A program made the translations under genes and the position numbers. 64,000 nt of DNA, taken from assembly GCF_018350175.1 (NCBI RefSeq), contig NC_058375.1, positions 20,150,001 through 20,214,000 of the forward strand, written 5' to 3'. The stretch is from Felis catus (Eukaryota). Every line of letters starts with the position of its first letter. The first letter of the stretch is position 1. The notes below the pieces were generated by a model. It saw nothing but the letters and a program-made list of their open reading frames with translations. It was not told where the DNA came from and searched no databases. This document shows, piece after piece, positions 47,691 to 61,492 of this stretch.

Positions 47691-50600
47691 AGGCATGGAC
47701 ACACAATGGCCGATGCTGAGTCTTCCAGTTATTCACAGGGAACAATAGTCAGCTTGGCCGCTGAACCCCACCCCCATTTTTTGGCTCTCCCCCAAGCCAA
47801 TCTCATATCCCCTGTTAAGCCTTCCTGCAGAGCTCCCAGCTTGAAGGCCGCCTTCCTGAGCTAACCCCAAAGCCTGCCTGAGCCCCTCCGATGCCCTTCA
47901 CCTCCTCTGCTGCTTTCCCTGTCCCCAGATGGGAGCTCCCAGAGGGCAAAGTCTGGTCTGATTCATCCCTGAGTCCCCAACACTCAGCCCAGGGCAGGGT
48001 CCAAAGGCTACAGCTGGGAATGTCTGGAGAAGGAGTAAGTGAAGGGAGCCCCTCCGAGCCCTCCCCTTTCTCAGGAGCCCACGACCACCACTGTCCTCCT
48101 CCCAAACCGCTGGCATGGCAGAAAGAGCCTTGCAGTGGGGCATCATACAGACCAGGATGGCATATCAGCCCGGGCTGTTCCTAAGTGTGTGAACTTGAGA
48201 AATGACCTCACTTCTCCAACACACAGGGGCACGGATACCTGGAGGCTTGGTTCACGGAGGCCACCAATGCAACTGTTTAGCATACCCCCCTGGGTTTGTG
48301 GCCTGAGAAAGTGGGTGAAATTCAAGGGTAGAGGGGAAAGGACAGGGTTTGCCAGAGGTCGTGGGGTGGTGGTGCAATGTCCTGTCCCCAGAACCTCCCA
48401 GATGAGACACCGAGGAGGACAGTGGGCTCGGGAGACCAGCAGCAGTGGAGACACAAAGCCCCGGGCAGGTGTCGCGAGGCACGGGTGGGGATAGGGAGGG
48501 CGTGGTAATTAAGGTAGAGAAACTGAAAAGTCTCCAGGCCATTCCCTCACTCAACAGGCATCTCCGATCACCTCCTCTGTGCCTGGCCCTGGTCTGAGTG
48601 CTGCGGACACAGAGAGGAATGAGACTTGGCACGTGACCTTGGGGAATGCACACTGCGTGCGGAGGAGACAGACCATACCCACAGGTGTCAACACAGCGTG
48701 AGAAGTGACAGCTTAGCGTGCTGCAACGGAAGCTTGTCCAGGGTCCCAGGGGAGGGATTCCAGTGTGGCTCCCCGTGGAGGAATACTGGGAGGATAAATA
48801 CTTGGTCAGACAAGGGTTGGGAGCTGGAGCGGGTAGAGTCCAGCCTGGGCCGCAGGCTGGACCAACTGCCTTCCCTTTCTGGCAGCGAAGGGGTGAAAGC
48901 GGACCCACAAGTGCGAACTGGGAAGACCGTCCGCAGATATTTATTCTTCCCATTTTGTGGATGAGCAAACTGAGGCTCAGAGTAGGGAATTCATTCTACC
49001 CAGCTCTGGCTCCTCACATCCTGTGCTTTTTTCAATTATATTCAATTCTTGCCAAAATCGTAGGGACGTTGGGGGAAAGGGAGGGCTTTCTCCTGAGCCT
49101 GCAGGAATGCCCCCTAGGGGCTGTTGTGGGAGCTGCTGTGGGATGCCCCTCCCCCCATGTCCTAGAGTTGTGCCACCTCCCCTAAGGCAGGCAGAGCCCC
49201 GTGAGGAGACATAAAGGGAGGTGGTGACACGGACTGGACATGGGCAAACCCAGGCTTGGAGTCCCCAGTCTGAGCAGAGAACCCCACTGTTGGCCTCAGG
49301 ACTCTCCTGTGGAGTCCAGCCCTCAGGACCCCCTGTTGGAGGGGGTGGGAGAATGTAGTCTGAAGGCTGAAGGAGGGAGAGGAACTATGTGGAAGTTAGG
49401 GGTCAGAGGTCACGGCCAGGGGAGAGCATGGGGTATCTCTGACTAGCCAGCTCCCTATCAAGTGGGGAAGGGTGGGGGCCTGCCAGGGTTAGCCCTTGGG
49501 GCTCAGGTGCAGGGACGGAGGGAGGCTGGGAGCTTAGAGCCTGGTATAGCTCAGCCTCAGCCTGAGTGATCTGGAGTTTGTCCCACTCTTCTAGGCTGGT
49601 GCCCAGAGTCGTCAGAGCTCAGGAGCTCAACAACACAAGAGCCAGCTGAGCTCTGGTGGCCCCACGTCTGACCCCAGCTGCTGCTGTGTCGTTTCTTCCT
49701 CCCAGCTTGTCTGGAGGTGGCACTTGGGGCGGCTGCTAAGTCCAGGCTCAGACACCCAAGGGGGGTAGGGGTAGATGAAGATGGGGGAGGGGGAGGGCAG
49801 GTCCTGGCATCTGATACACTCACAGCAAAAGCCTCTTTTTTCTTGGACCCAGAGTGCTCTGCAGTGGGGCTGGGGTGAGAGAGAGACAGGGGCAAGACCC
49901 AGGAGGAGTGGGGAGGGAGGCTGGGGGGAGGAGAAGGCAGAACCAGAGAAAGGCCTGGAGAGGGAGGTGGAGACAGATCTAGAGAGTCCGAAAGAGAGAG
50001 AAGGGAGAAAAAAAAGTAAAAGCAGGTGCGGCGGTTGTGAATATGGTGCACGCATTTAGGAAGGCAAGAAAACAGGCTGTTTTAAAAAATTTACTCAGAG
50101 CCCTCATTCCATCTGGCTGGTGGGAAATCCAGTCTCCCTTATCGTTGGACTCGGTCAACCCATGATGGCCCCTAGAAATAGGCATGTTTTGTACCTCGTC
50201 TTCTGTCTGGTCATCTGGCTGGCATGACCCCATTAGGTCAGGTACCGGGTGCCATCCAGTGCCAGGCCTGAAAGCTTTGATGATCTGGGAGCCCGCTCAA
50301 GTGGCTCCAGTCATTGTGGGATCCAGTTTTCTGAATGCCACCGGTCCCCTTGACCCAGAGCCTAGATCCATCCATTCCCTGGGACTGGGGAGCCTGAACT
50401 GCCATTCCCCCCCCCATCTAGCAGCTTGGGGAAGACCCTCCCACTCTGGTCCTTAAAAGCCCAATTGTCTGTCCCTCTGGCCCATGAGTCTGGGGATCTG
50501 TCCCTTAGCAGAGTCCCCGTTCCCCAGCATCCTACAGCTGAACAGCCAGGACCAGCCCAGCAAACCCTCTAGTGCCTAGAGCTTCAGATCCAGCCAGAGA

Positions 50601-50889
50601 GCCCAGGAGAGGATCCCCAGAACGTCCACCAGCCACCCCTGTTGTGATGGGGGGATGGCAGACAGCCAGAGCTGGAGCCTCATCCTGAATGAACAGGAGG
50701 GAACTGATCCGGAGCCAGATGGGCATCGCCTTATTCGACACACATTTATGAAGTGCCTGCGGTGGGCCAGGCCCTACCCTGGTCCACAAGGCCCCCCACG
50801 ATCTGGTTCTTACACATTTTATTGTAAAAACGTTACTGTGAGTAATATGTAGAATAACATGTGTGTACGTATACATAACATATAAAATA

Positions 50890-51064
50890 GTACAGGTTTC
50901 AACCGTGCAGATCTGCTTACATGCAGATCCTTCTTGATAAATACAGCCGGGTACTGTAAGTGTATTTTCCCTTCCTCCTCATGATTTTCTTAATATTTTA
51001 TACTTTCTAGCTTACTTTATCGTGAAAATACAGTGATACAAAGTATGTGTTCATTGTTTATGTT
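50890..51064. mobile_element. Tigger2/MER8-like TcMar DNA transposon relic (runs into an N gap)
   Basis: atgattttcttaata...ctagcttactttatcgtgaaaatacagt resembles recalled Tigger2-family text. Confidence 0.55.
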
Positions 51065-52699
51065 NNNNNNNNNNNNNNNNNNNNNNNNNNNNNNNNNNNN
51101 NNNNNNNNNNNNNNNNNNNNNNNNNNNNNNNNNNNNNNNNNNNNNNNNNNNNNNNNNNNNNNNNNNNNNNNNNNNNNNNNNNNNNNNNNNNNNNNNNNNN
51201 NNNNNNNNNNNNNNNNNNNNNNNNNNNNNNNNNNNNNNNNNNNNNNNNNNNNNNNNNNNNNNNNNNNNNNNNNNNNNNNNNNNNNNNNNNNNNNNNNNNN
51301 NNNNNNNNNNNNNNNNNNNNNNNNNNNNNNNNNNNNNNNNNNNNNNNNNNNNNNNNNNNNNNNAAATGAACATCCAGGCACCCACCCCTAGTTTGATGAG
51401 ACATTTCAGTACCTCTGAAACCCATGTATGGCCCTCCTCTGTTGCCTTTCCTTTCGCATCTTCCCAAAGAAAAATACCATCCTGAAAATGGTGTCAGTCG
51501 TTCCCTTAATGGCATTAATCATCTGGGCTGACTTACCCATTGGGCACAGCACGTGGGACCCACCATTTCCAGAAGCCCATAAAAATGGTTTAATTTCTTT
51601 TAAAATCACAGATGATCGAATGAATGGGTTAACAGCCCCTTATACTTAGTTTGCTAAGAATTGTTAACATAGTAATTGTTGAATTATCAAATGCATTTTC
51701 TGTATAAGTTGAAATGTTTACTTGTTTTTTCCCTGCCAGCATGCTAATATGATTAATTACACTAGTAAATTTTCTAATGTTGAATCAGCCCTCCCAGAAT
51801 AAGCTCAACTTGGTCATGACGTATTTGTTATCTTGTGAGTACATTGCTAGACTGAGCTTGCTGGTATTTGGTTTAGGGCATTTACGTCTATATTCTTAAG
51901 TAACATGGTTCTGTACTTTTCCTTTCTCATACTGTCCTTGACTGGTTTTGATATGAATTTGTACGTTTCCAGGAATTTGTCGATTTTACCTTGAAGTTTG
52001 TTGTCCTCAAATTGTCATATTCCCCTGTTGTCTTTTAAATCTCCCCTATCGCTGCGGTTCTGTGGTCTGTTTTTCAAATCCATCACTCCTTATTTGTGCC
52101 ACCTTCCTTTTCTTTCTTGATCAGTCTTGCTAGGAATGTCTCAGTTTTGTTCCTACATTAGTTCAGAATTAGATTTAGCTGGAAGTAACAGACTCCCTGT
52201 TCCACCATCCCCAGAGTGAGGCCCTTGTCTTAAGGTCCTCAGTGACACCTGTCACATCCTCATTTCTGGCAGCAGGATGGAGAAGACGAGGAAGGGTTGC
52301 TTAACCTCTGAGTGCTCAGGGTGAATCCATGGGCCTCTCTGCTTCCCTGCCTTCTTCCTCCCATGGACCCACTGCGTACTGCCTATGTCCTGAGAATTCC
52401 GAATTCACATCTGCAGCCTACTCCTCTCTCTTGAGCTCTAGACATACAAATTCAATTGCCCACTCAAAATTTCCACTTGAATATCTATCTAATAGGCATT
52501 TAAAATCCCACATGGCCAAATTTAACTCCCTAGAAAAGAAAAATCCGACAAAATGCTGGAGCCTCAAATGGTCCCTTTCTTCTGAAAGCTTCCTGATTGC
52601 AGCTTGGAATCTGATTGCAACTTGGCTTCCCCTTCCCAAACAGAACAGTCTGTAACTCCTGGCACTGCATCGTTTAATGGATCTCAACCAGAACTTTAA

Positions 52700-52890
52700 A
52701 AAATACATATTTTATTTTTAAGTCATCTCTACACCCACTGTGGGGCTTGAACTCACAACCTTGTAATCAAGAGTCGCATGCTCCCCTGACTGAGCCAGCC
52801 TTAGGCTCCAACCAGTGCCTCTTTTTAAAGTTTATTATTTATTTATTATTTTGAGAGAGAGGGAGAGAGCGAGCATGGAGGGGCAGAGAA

Positions 52891-52951
<61 letters not shown>

Positions 52952-53675
52952 CCCAAACAGGCTCCAAACTGTCAGTACAGAGCCCGATGCTGGGCTTGAA
53001 CTCACGAAGTATGAGATCATGACCTGAGCCAAAGTCGGACACTTAACTGACTGAGCCACCGAGACACCCCACCAGCACTTTTTGAAAAATGAAATCGAAT
53101 AACATAGAAGAAATTAGACCTGGAAATATAGGCGTGCCTCACATGTGATCAGGGTGAGCATTGCTTATGGAACTCTTGTCTGTGTACTGAGTCCTATTGT
53201 AAAATGTCTTATTATGGGTTGAAGTAAAACATTTTGACTAGGCCTTGGGGTTCAACAGTTTTCTTTAGAGCAAACACCAGCTACAAGGCTCTTTTATTCC
53301 TGTGGGATTGTCATTTCTGGCCTTATTTCCCTTACTGTGTAGTCGGCTCATCAAAAGATAGTCATCTTGGCAAAGGATAATTTTTTAAATTTATCCTTTG
53401 TTTTTTTAAAGTACTTTACATGGAGAAGTGTTTTCTCTGCTCCCCTCTCTGCCTTTTTGTTACAAATGGAACTTTCTGGGGCTCCTGGGTGGCTCAGTTA
53501 GTTGATCGTCCAACTTTGGCTCAGGTCATGATCTCACAGTTCGTGAATTGGAGCCCCACGCGGGGCTCTCTGCTGTCAGCGGGGAGCCTGCTTCAGATCC
53601 TCTGTCCCCCTCTCTCTCTGCACCTCCCCTGGTTATGCTCTTTCTCTCAAAAATAAATAAAATAAAATAAAAAAA
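52700..53675. mobile_element. Can-SINE cluster (52700-52805 -, 52822-53070 - with long (AG)n, 53477-53675 +)
   Basis: SINEC bodies and tails. Confidence 0.82.
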
Positions 53676-53884
53676 GCAATGGAACTTTCTTCCTGTGGTT
53701 CTATCCCTTTTCATCCTACCACCACCGCTCATTATATTCCAGCTTCACTTGCCTCCTCTGTGTTCCCCAAATGTGCCGAACGCTCTTCTGCAAAGAATCT
53801 TACACTTCCTGCTCTTTCCACCCTGGATTGTTTCTCCCTGGCACTTCTCAGCCTGGCTCCTTTGCATCCTTCAGGCCTTCTTCA

Positions 53885-54340
53885 TCAGTTAGGATTTGTT
53901 CAGTTATAGGTGACAGAAAACCCAGCTCAAAACAGCTTAAGAAGACAAATGATAACTGGCTTAACTGAAAAGGTCCAAGAGGAGTACCACCTTCAGGTAC
54001 GGCTGGAATCAGGCGCTCATGTGATTTCTCTACTCATGGGGTCTCTCTGTTTCTGGGCTCTCCTGCCAGGCACCAGGCAGGCACTTCCTTTCTGGTAGCA
54101 AGACGACTACCTGCGGCTCCACACTCACAATCCACTTGCTCCACAATTCCTGGGCCAAGAAAGTGTCTCTTCCCCAGGAGTTCTAGCGAGCACCCTAGGA
54201 TTGAGTTTCATTGGCCAGGCCAGGATCCCAAGTCCATTCTGGAGATGGGCTGGGTGTCAGCCCCACAGAACACATGCACTGAGCTTCTCAGAAAAGTGGT
54301 GCCCCCTCAAACATAAAAGTAGGGTCAGTGTATGACGAGA
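53885..54340. mobile_element. MLT1-like (ERVL-MaLR) LTR relic
   Basis: cagttaggatt...gtgacagaaaacccagctcaaa...ttcaggtacggctggaatcagg resembles the MLT1J/K consensus. Confidence 0.55.
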
Positions 54341-55167
54341 AGGCAAATCCCACAGCTTCCTGCTCCATCATCCTTGACTTCTTGATCTAACATATGTCCT
54401 TTTGGTTACTCCCTGTCACATCACCCCATTTACTTCCTTCAGAGCATGCAGGCAACCCGATCTGAAATGCTATTTGTGTTGATTCCTTGTGGCCTTCATC
54501 TTCCCCCCTTCCCCCCGGATTGAGAGTGCTCAGAGAGCAGGGACCTTACCCCCGCTGATCACTGTTACATCTTCAGCACCTAGAGCACAGAGTAAGTGCT
54601 TGATAAAGCCTTCAGGCGGGAATGACCTTGCTGGAAAGCCATCCCCTCCTGCTTTCCCAAGCATCTCCCGTGTGGGGTTCATGCCAGGCCAGCCAGATTC
54701 CCTTCTCCACTGGATCAATCTCATCCCAATGTGGGCTCGAACTCACGAACTCATGAACTGGGAGATTATGACCTGAGCTGAAGTCAGATGCTCAATCCAC
54801 TGAGCCACCCAGGTGCCCCTCTCTGTTTCTTTTTAAAACAAAACGTCACAGAAGAGTGGTCTAGAGTTGCTGTGGGTGCTTCCTCACTCTCAATTTACTC
54901 AGCCACTTTCTTGTTTTCCCTTCTTATCACCAACCCTTCCTGCTCAGGCTCCTTTGCTGGTTCGTCGCCATCACCATGACTTCTAAATATGGTGCTTCAG
55001 GACTTGGCTTCTCTTCTCTATCAGTGCTTTCTCCCAAGGCCATTCATCCTGCCCTGTGGCTTTAAGTGCCATCTGTATGTTGATGAAATCTCCAGCCCTG
55101 ACTCTCCAGTGCTGACTTCCAGATACATCTATATACCCGCCTCCTTGTCATGGATATCCAATTTGGG

Positions 55168-56105
55168 TGTTATGAAATAATAGATTTAAAAAGTATATAT
55201 ATAGAACTCTGCCCTCAGCTCCTGGCACAGGACTCCTAAAACCCTTGTAATTTCCCAAGTGATAAAAGTATAAGGAGCATGCTGTCGCTTTACTGTTCAG
55301 TCTTTGACCCCAGTTCCTGACACAGAGCTCCTAGATCCCTTGGAGTTTCCTGGGTCATAGCNNNNNNNNNNNNNNNNNNNNNNNNNNNNNNNNNNNNNNN
55401 NNNNNNNNNNNNNNNNNNNNNNNNNNNNNNNNNNNNNNNNNNNNNNNNNNNNNNNNNNNNNNNNNNNNNNNNNNNNNNNNNNNNNNNNNGGAGAGAAGCT
55501 AGAGATTGAGTTACTAATTGATCATGCCTACGTGGTGAAGCTTCCATTAAAATTCCCAAAGTATGGGTCTTGGAGAGCTCTCGGGGTGGTCGACACATCT
55601 ATGTGCTTGGAGGGTGGCGCACCCCAGTTCCGTGGAGACAGAAGCTCCTGTGTTCGGGGTCCCTCCAGACCTCTCTCTCGTTTGTATCTTTTGTCACATC
55701 TTTTATTATACAATAAGCCGGCTGGTAAAGATAAATGTTGCCCTCTGTTCTGTGAGCTATTCTAGAAAATGACTGAATCCAAGGAGGGGTTCATGGGAAC
55801 CTCTGATTTGCCAAGTCGGACAGAAGTTGTGGGTGACCCGAGGACCTCCTGCTTGCGATTGGGGTCTGAAGTGGAGAGCAGTCTTGTGGGAATGAGCCTT
55901 GTCCACGCAGTCTGCACGAACTCCAGCTGGTGTCGGAATTGAATGGAATCGCGGGACACCTGGCCATGGCATTGGAGAATCGGTCTCGGTCTCAGTGCGG
56001 GGAAGAAAACCACGCATTTACATCTGGTGACCAGAAGTGTCAGAAGTGAAGTATTGTGTGAGTACAGTATTGAGGGTAGAGAGGAAAAACAGAAAATAGT
56101 TTCCA
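55168..56105 (+). mobile_element. MER21-like solo LTR (contains an N gap)
   Basis: TG start; ctcctaaaacccttg...gatcatgcctacgtggtgaagcttccattaaaa...ggagggtggcgc...catctggtgaccagaagtg are characteristic of MER21. Confidence 0.7.
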
Positions 56106-56337
56106 AAATGTGTCCAAACCGAAAGTTCACCCGTCCCTTATGTATGTAGATCTTTACTAAAAAAATAGTTTTTCCTCTCTGGGTTTTTTTGGGTTTTTTT
56201 TTTTTTTGCTTTTTTTTTTTTTTTTTTTTGAGTTTTGCCTTTCCACATTAGACTGGTGCTTAATGAACATGATTTTACAAGTTACACGTCCATTTTCCAG
56301 TGCGCAGGAACTCAAACCATGTCCTCTGAGTGCTATG

Positions 56338-56339
56338 TT

Positions 56340-56374
<35 letters not shown>

Positions 56375-58515
56375 TTTGAGAGGGGGAGGCGGGGAAAGGA
56401 GGAAGCACAGAGAGAGGGAGACACAGAATCTGAAGCAGGCTCCAGGTCCCAAGCTGTCAGCACCGAGCCTGACACGGGGCTCGAACCCACATACTGTGAG
56501 ATCGTGACCTGAGCTGAAGTGGGCCGCTTAACTGACTGAGCCACCCAGGCGCCCCTCTGAATGCTATGTTAATGCCCTTATTTCACATAATCTCTTTGCC
56601 TTTGAAACTGAGTATATACCCCTTGTAAAATATATTTCTTAACTGGACCAAAAAATGGGAAGATATCGTGGGTTATTGCCATAGACCTTTTTTGTTCTTA
56701 TTTTTGTAACGAAGCAATTAACATTCAGGGGAAAAAAACCCCAAACACCTCTGGACTTTGATTTCTCCGTGAAACCTGTCCCTCCCTTGGTCTTTTCCAT
56801 CTCAGTCAAGGGCACCACAATCCGTTCCTGTTCCTCGGCTCCATCCCCTCCATCCGCAAACCCAGAGGGCATTCTCCCCCAACCCCGCCCACGGATCCAC
56901 CCACAAGTCCGCTCAGTTCACCTCCAAATAAAGCTGCAATCCACCCCCTTCCAACCTCTTGCCATTACTCCTGGCCTAGCCACATCCTCTCAACTGGATT
57001 ACCTCAGTAATCTCCTAACTGGTCTCCCTCATTCTCTTGCTCCCATGCAGTTCACTCTCAACAGGGCAGACAGCACAATCTTTTAAAAACAAATCAGATC
57101 ATGTTGATCCCCACTTAAGCCTTTCAAAAGCTCCCCATGCACTTAGAGTAAAATCGTAATCCTTACCCTGACCTCCAAGCCCAGAGCCTTCTCCTCTGAC
57201 CTCAGCTCTCCCCATTCTCCTCCTATTGGCTTACCAGGCACAGAACACATGGATGTTTCTGTCTCAGGACCTTTGCACATACTATTTTTTCTTCTGGGAA
57301 ATCTCTCCCTAATTTCACATGACTGACTCCTGCTCATCTCTCAAGTCTTAGTTTATTTTTATTTGTTTTTTTTTAATGTTTATTTATTTTTGAGAGAAAG
57401 AGACAGACTGTGAGCAGGAGAGGGGCAGAGAGAGAGAGGGAGACACAGAATCGGAAGCAGGCTCCAGGCTCTGAGCTGTCAGCACAGAGCCTGACGCAAG
57501 GCTCGAACTCCTGGACCGCGAAATCACGACCTGAGCTGAAGTTGTACACTTCACCTACTGAGCTACCTAGGCGCCCCTCAAGTCTCGGTTTAAATGTACC
57601 GCCTAGGGGGGCCTGGGTGGCTCAGTTGGTTAGGTGTCGACTCTTGACCTTGGCTCAGGTCATGATCTCATGGTTTAGTTTGTGATATTGAGCCCCATAT
57701 CATGCTCCGTTCTGTCAGCACCAGGCCTGTTTGGGATTCTCTCTCTCCCTCTTGCTCTCTGCCCCTCCTCCACTTGTTATCCACCCCCTCAAATAAATAA
57801 ATAAACATCAAAAAAACATTAAATGTCACTTCCTAAGGAGAAGCTCCCCACCCCCAACTCTTCTTTCTATTATGTCTCTGGTTTATTCCTTGTTCATGAT
57901 TTCTAGGGAAACACTAAAGATAGCATTGTGGTTGAAAATAGATTCTGCAGGCAGACTGCCTGGGTTGAATACCAGCTTGGCCACTCCTTGGCCATGTGAC
58001 CTTGGTCACATTTACTTAACCATTCTGTTCTTCAGTTTCTTTATCTGTAAAATGGGGTGTACTAATAACCTGATAAGATCAGTACCTGGCACAGAATAAC
58101 CACCAAGTAAATATTAGCAGGTATGTTCTTCATGGCACATTTCTTGGGGTTAATTATTTGGATTTCTGAAATATAAGCTTTGAGGGAACAGGACTGTTCT
58201 ATTTACTGCTGTGCACTTTGCGCGGTGGCTGATATTTAGCAAGTGCTTAGTGACGTTGTTGAATGAATGCATGAAAACAGATTCAATCTCACCCCTTTTG
58301 GAGCTTACGATCTATTTTTTTAAGTTTATTTATTTTTAGAGAGAGAGAGAGCAAGTGAAGGAGGGGCAGAGGGAGAGGGAGAGAGAGAATCCCAAGCAGG
58401 CTCTGCACTCTGAGGGTTGAGCCCGACATAGGGCTCGAACTCACGACCGTGAGATCATGACCTGAGCCAAAATCAAGAGTCAGACACTCAGCTGACTGAA
58501 CCACCCAGGCGCCCC
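56338..58515. mobile_element. Can-SINEs (56338-56555 -, 57350-57577 -, 57607-57816 +, 58313-58515 -) interspersed with L2/MIR relics
   Basis: SINEC bodies; the first has TSD ctctga(g/a)tgctatgtt. Confidence 0.8.
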
Positions 58516-59050
58516 TTGGAGCTAACAATCTAGAGATCGTGGAGTCTTACCTTGCTCTACTTAGGCTTTGACACATGGCCACTTTAGAGATGTGGAAACT
58601 GAGACCCACAAAGGTGGAGGGATTTGAGCAAAACTTCGAGGAGGGATGGGTATTGCTCTTCCCAACATCCCAGAGAGACGTAACGTTTCTACTCGTCAGA
58701 AACACGATGAAGCACCAAACACATGTGAAACCTGCTGCATCCACTGTGGACAGGAGTCATAGCCTTTTGTTCTAGGAATATAATACCAGGGCAAAATTTT
58801 CATCACAGGAGAAATGAAACACAAAGAAAACCTGTGAGTTCTCCAGATGGAGCGACAGGGGCGGGGGAGAGGGGTTGTAGTGCCGTTGACTGAAATGGCA
58901 CCAACACTGGAGTTGTGTCTTCCTGAGAAAGACGTCCAGTCCCCTGTCCACATAATTGCCACCCTCCAAACATGTTGTCCATTCTGCATCTAGGAATCCA
59001 GAGACCTCCTTTTATAATTGTGGGAACAGAGGCTTAGAAAGACGAGGCTT

Positions 59051-59500
59051 GGGGCGCCTGGGAGTCTCAGTTGGATAAGCATCTGACTTCGGCTCAGGTC
59101 ATGATCTCATGGTTCATGGTTTTTTTGTTTTGTTTTGTTTTTTTAAACCTTTATTCATTTTTGAGAGGGAGAGAGAGAGCACAAGCAGCAGGGGAGGGAC
59201 AGAGAGAGAGGGAGACACAGAATCCAAAGCAGGCTCCAGGTTCTGAGCTGTCAGCACAGAGCCTGACGCAGGGCTCGAACCCACAAACCATGAGATCATG
59301 ACCTGAGCCGAAATCAGACACTTAACTGACTCAGCCACCCAGGCGCCCTCATGGGTTCGTGGGTTTGAGCCCCACATGGGGATCTGCACTCTCAGCACAG
59401 AGCCTGCTTCGGATCTTCTGTCTCCTTCTCTCTCTGCCCCTCCCTTGCTCTCTCTCTCTCTCTCTCAAAAACAAACATTAAAAAAAAATAAAATCTTTAA
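59051..59500. mobile_element. Plus-strand Can-SINE interrupted by a minus-strand Can-SINE (about 59120-59348)
   Basis: The outer SINE resumes after the inner one; degenerate TSD ctcatggttcatgg / ctcatgggttcgtgg. Confidence 0.85.
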
Positions 59501-61267
59501 AAAGAAAGAAAGAAAGAGGAGACTTGCTCAAGGCCACATAATGACTTAAACCCAAGTCGTGTTGCTTCTAGTGTAAGATCCCTTTAAGCTTTAATTCATA
59601 TGAAAGCTCTTAACCTGAGAATGGAGAGAAAGGGGAGGTGAGGAGGAGGGCGGAGAGGGAGGAGGAGGCGTCAGCTTATGAGCTCACTGGCAGGCAGGGG
59701 CACTGACAGGTGTGGAGCCATCAGAAACCTTGCAGGGAGGGCAGGGGAGTCTGCTGAGGGAAGAGGAGAAGGAGGCCGGGGCCTAGCTAGGTTATTTTCA
59801 GAGCTGCTATCTTTGTCTGCATCTGCTAAATTATTAAACTGATATCACATCCTGGAGGGTGCCAGGCCAGGTTGCCAGGAAGAGACTGAAAAAGAGGGGT
59901 CGGATCTCTTGGTGAGGCCTCGAATCTTCTAGGCTGGATGGAAGCAGACTCCTCAGGCCTTGACCTCCTGCCCCATCCCACTCTCAGCTGGTGGAGGGGG
60001 ATCCTGAGTTGGGCCACAGCCTCTGTCAGGCCCTGTCTCTCTCCACTGGCTTCTGTGTCAGAGGAGCATGCATATAACGGACAGAACTCTGGAGCCAGGC
60101 CCCCCCTGGGCTGCCTCGTCTCTTTCAGGTCTCTGACTCAGACCCCAGACAGATTTGACCAGCTTTTGAGACCCTGGACACCCCTGCACCTATGTCCTTG
60201 TCAGTGCCATGGGTATTGGCAATTCCATTCCTTAGAGCCTGAAGTTCACGGGGAAAGAGTCCCTTTCTCAGGGTTGCACAGCTAGGGGTGAGCTGAGCTT
60301 CAGTGCAGACTGAAGTCCCTCTAATTCCGGATGACTTTCCCCTCCTTAGTCTTTTAAAATATTTTAATATGTTCTTTATTTCTCATCTCTTCTACAAAAG
60401 GGATGTCTCACTTCTGTAAAGATCAGAAAAAACCCGACACTCTTTATAGTTTAAAAATGTATTCCCTAATTCCAAATGTGTTTGCCAGGCTGGCTGTGTC
60501 CGTGGAGGTCGTTGCTGTGGCCCCTGTCCACTCCCAGGAGCCGGGCAGGGGTGAGGGCGGGGCAGGCCAATTAAGGAAGCCGGGAAGGAAGCGGGCAGAT
60601 AGATGCCAAATGCCTCTCACCTCTGGCCCTGTGCATGCCGTGTTCCCATCCTGAATCTTCTTCCCTTCTTGTCCCCCCACCACCTGTGCATCACTCCATT
60701 TGAGTCAGCCTTCAGGTCTCAGTTTAAATATCGTCTCCCACGGGCAACTCTCCTGAACCCTTCCCCATGCAGCTGGGCTCAGTGTCTGTTCTATGCCCCC
60801 ATAGCCTCAGTGTTCCCTCCATCCCAGTAGATGTCTCATTGAAATCCCATCACCTGGCTCTGTCTCCGCCGCCCCCCCCCCCCCGCCACTGCCCAAAACT
60901 GTGTATTCCCTGAGGGCAGAGCCCCATATGGTCATTGCTGTGCTTCCAGCAGCAGACCAACAGAGGAGCTATTGATCAAANNNNNNNNNNNNNNNNNNNN
61001 NNNNNNNNNNNNNNNNNNNNNNNNNNNNNNNNNNNNNNNNNNNNNNNNNNNNNNNNNNNNNNNNNNNNNNNNNNNNNNNNNNNNNNNNNNNNNNNNNNNN
61101 NNNNNNNNNNNNNNNNNNNNNNNNNCAAGCTCTACCCTTGCATTATTTTTCAATTCAAATAAACATTTATTGACTGTGTTATGAGGTCAGACACTCAACT
61201 TGAGATGGTTCTCATGGTAAGCAAAACCGACCTAGGGAGAGAGACGATTAAATAACTAAGCAAGATG

Positions 61268-61492
61268 GGGCGCCTGGGTGGCGTAGTCGGTTAAGCGTCC
61301 GACTTCAGCCAGGTCACGATCTCGCGGTCCGTGAGTTCGAGCCCCGCGTCGGGCTCTGGGCTGATGGCTCGGAGCCTGGAGCCTGTTTCTGATTCTGTGT
61401 CTCCCTCTCTCTCTGCCCCTCCCCTGTTCGTGCTCTGTCTCTCTCTGTCCCAAAAATAAAAAAAATAAAAAATAAACGTTGAAAAAATAATA
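61268..61492 (+). mobile_element. Young felid Can-SINE (SINEC_Fc type)
   Basis: Near-consensus CpG-rich body; TSD taagcaaga. Confidence 0.9.

Noticed and set aside
48252-48968. 238-aa minus-strand ORF
   Set aside because: Starts in a MIR-like fragment at a non-ATG codon; no recognisable domain.
863-61492. tRNA genes or CRISPR-like dispersed repeats
   Set aside because: The recurring A/B-box-like sequences are tRNA-derived Can-SINE heads. This is mammalian DNA with no regularly spaced array.
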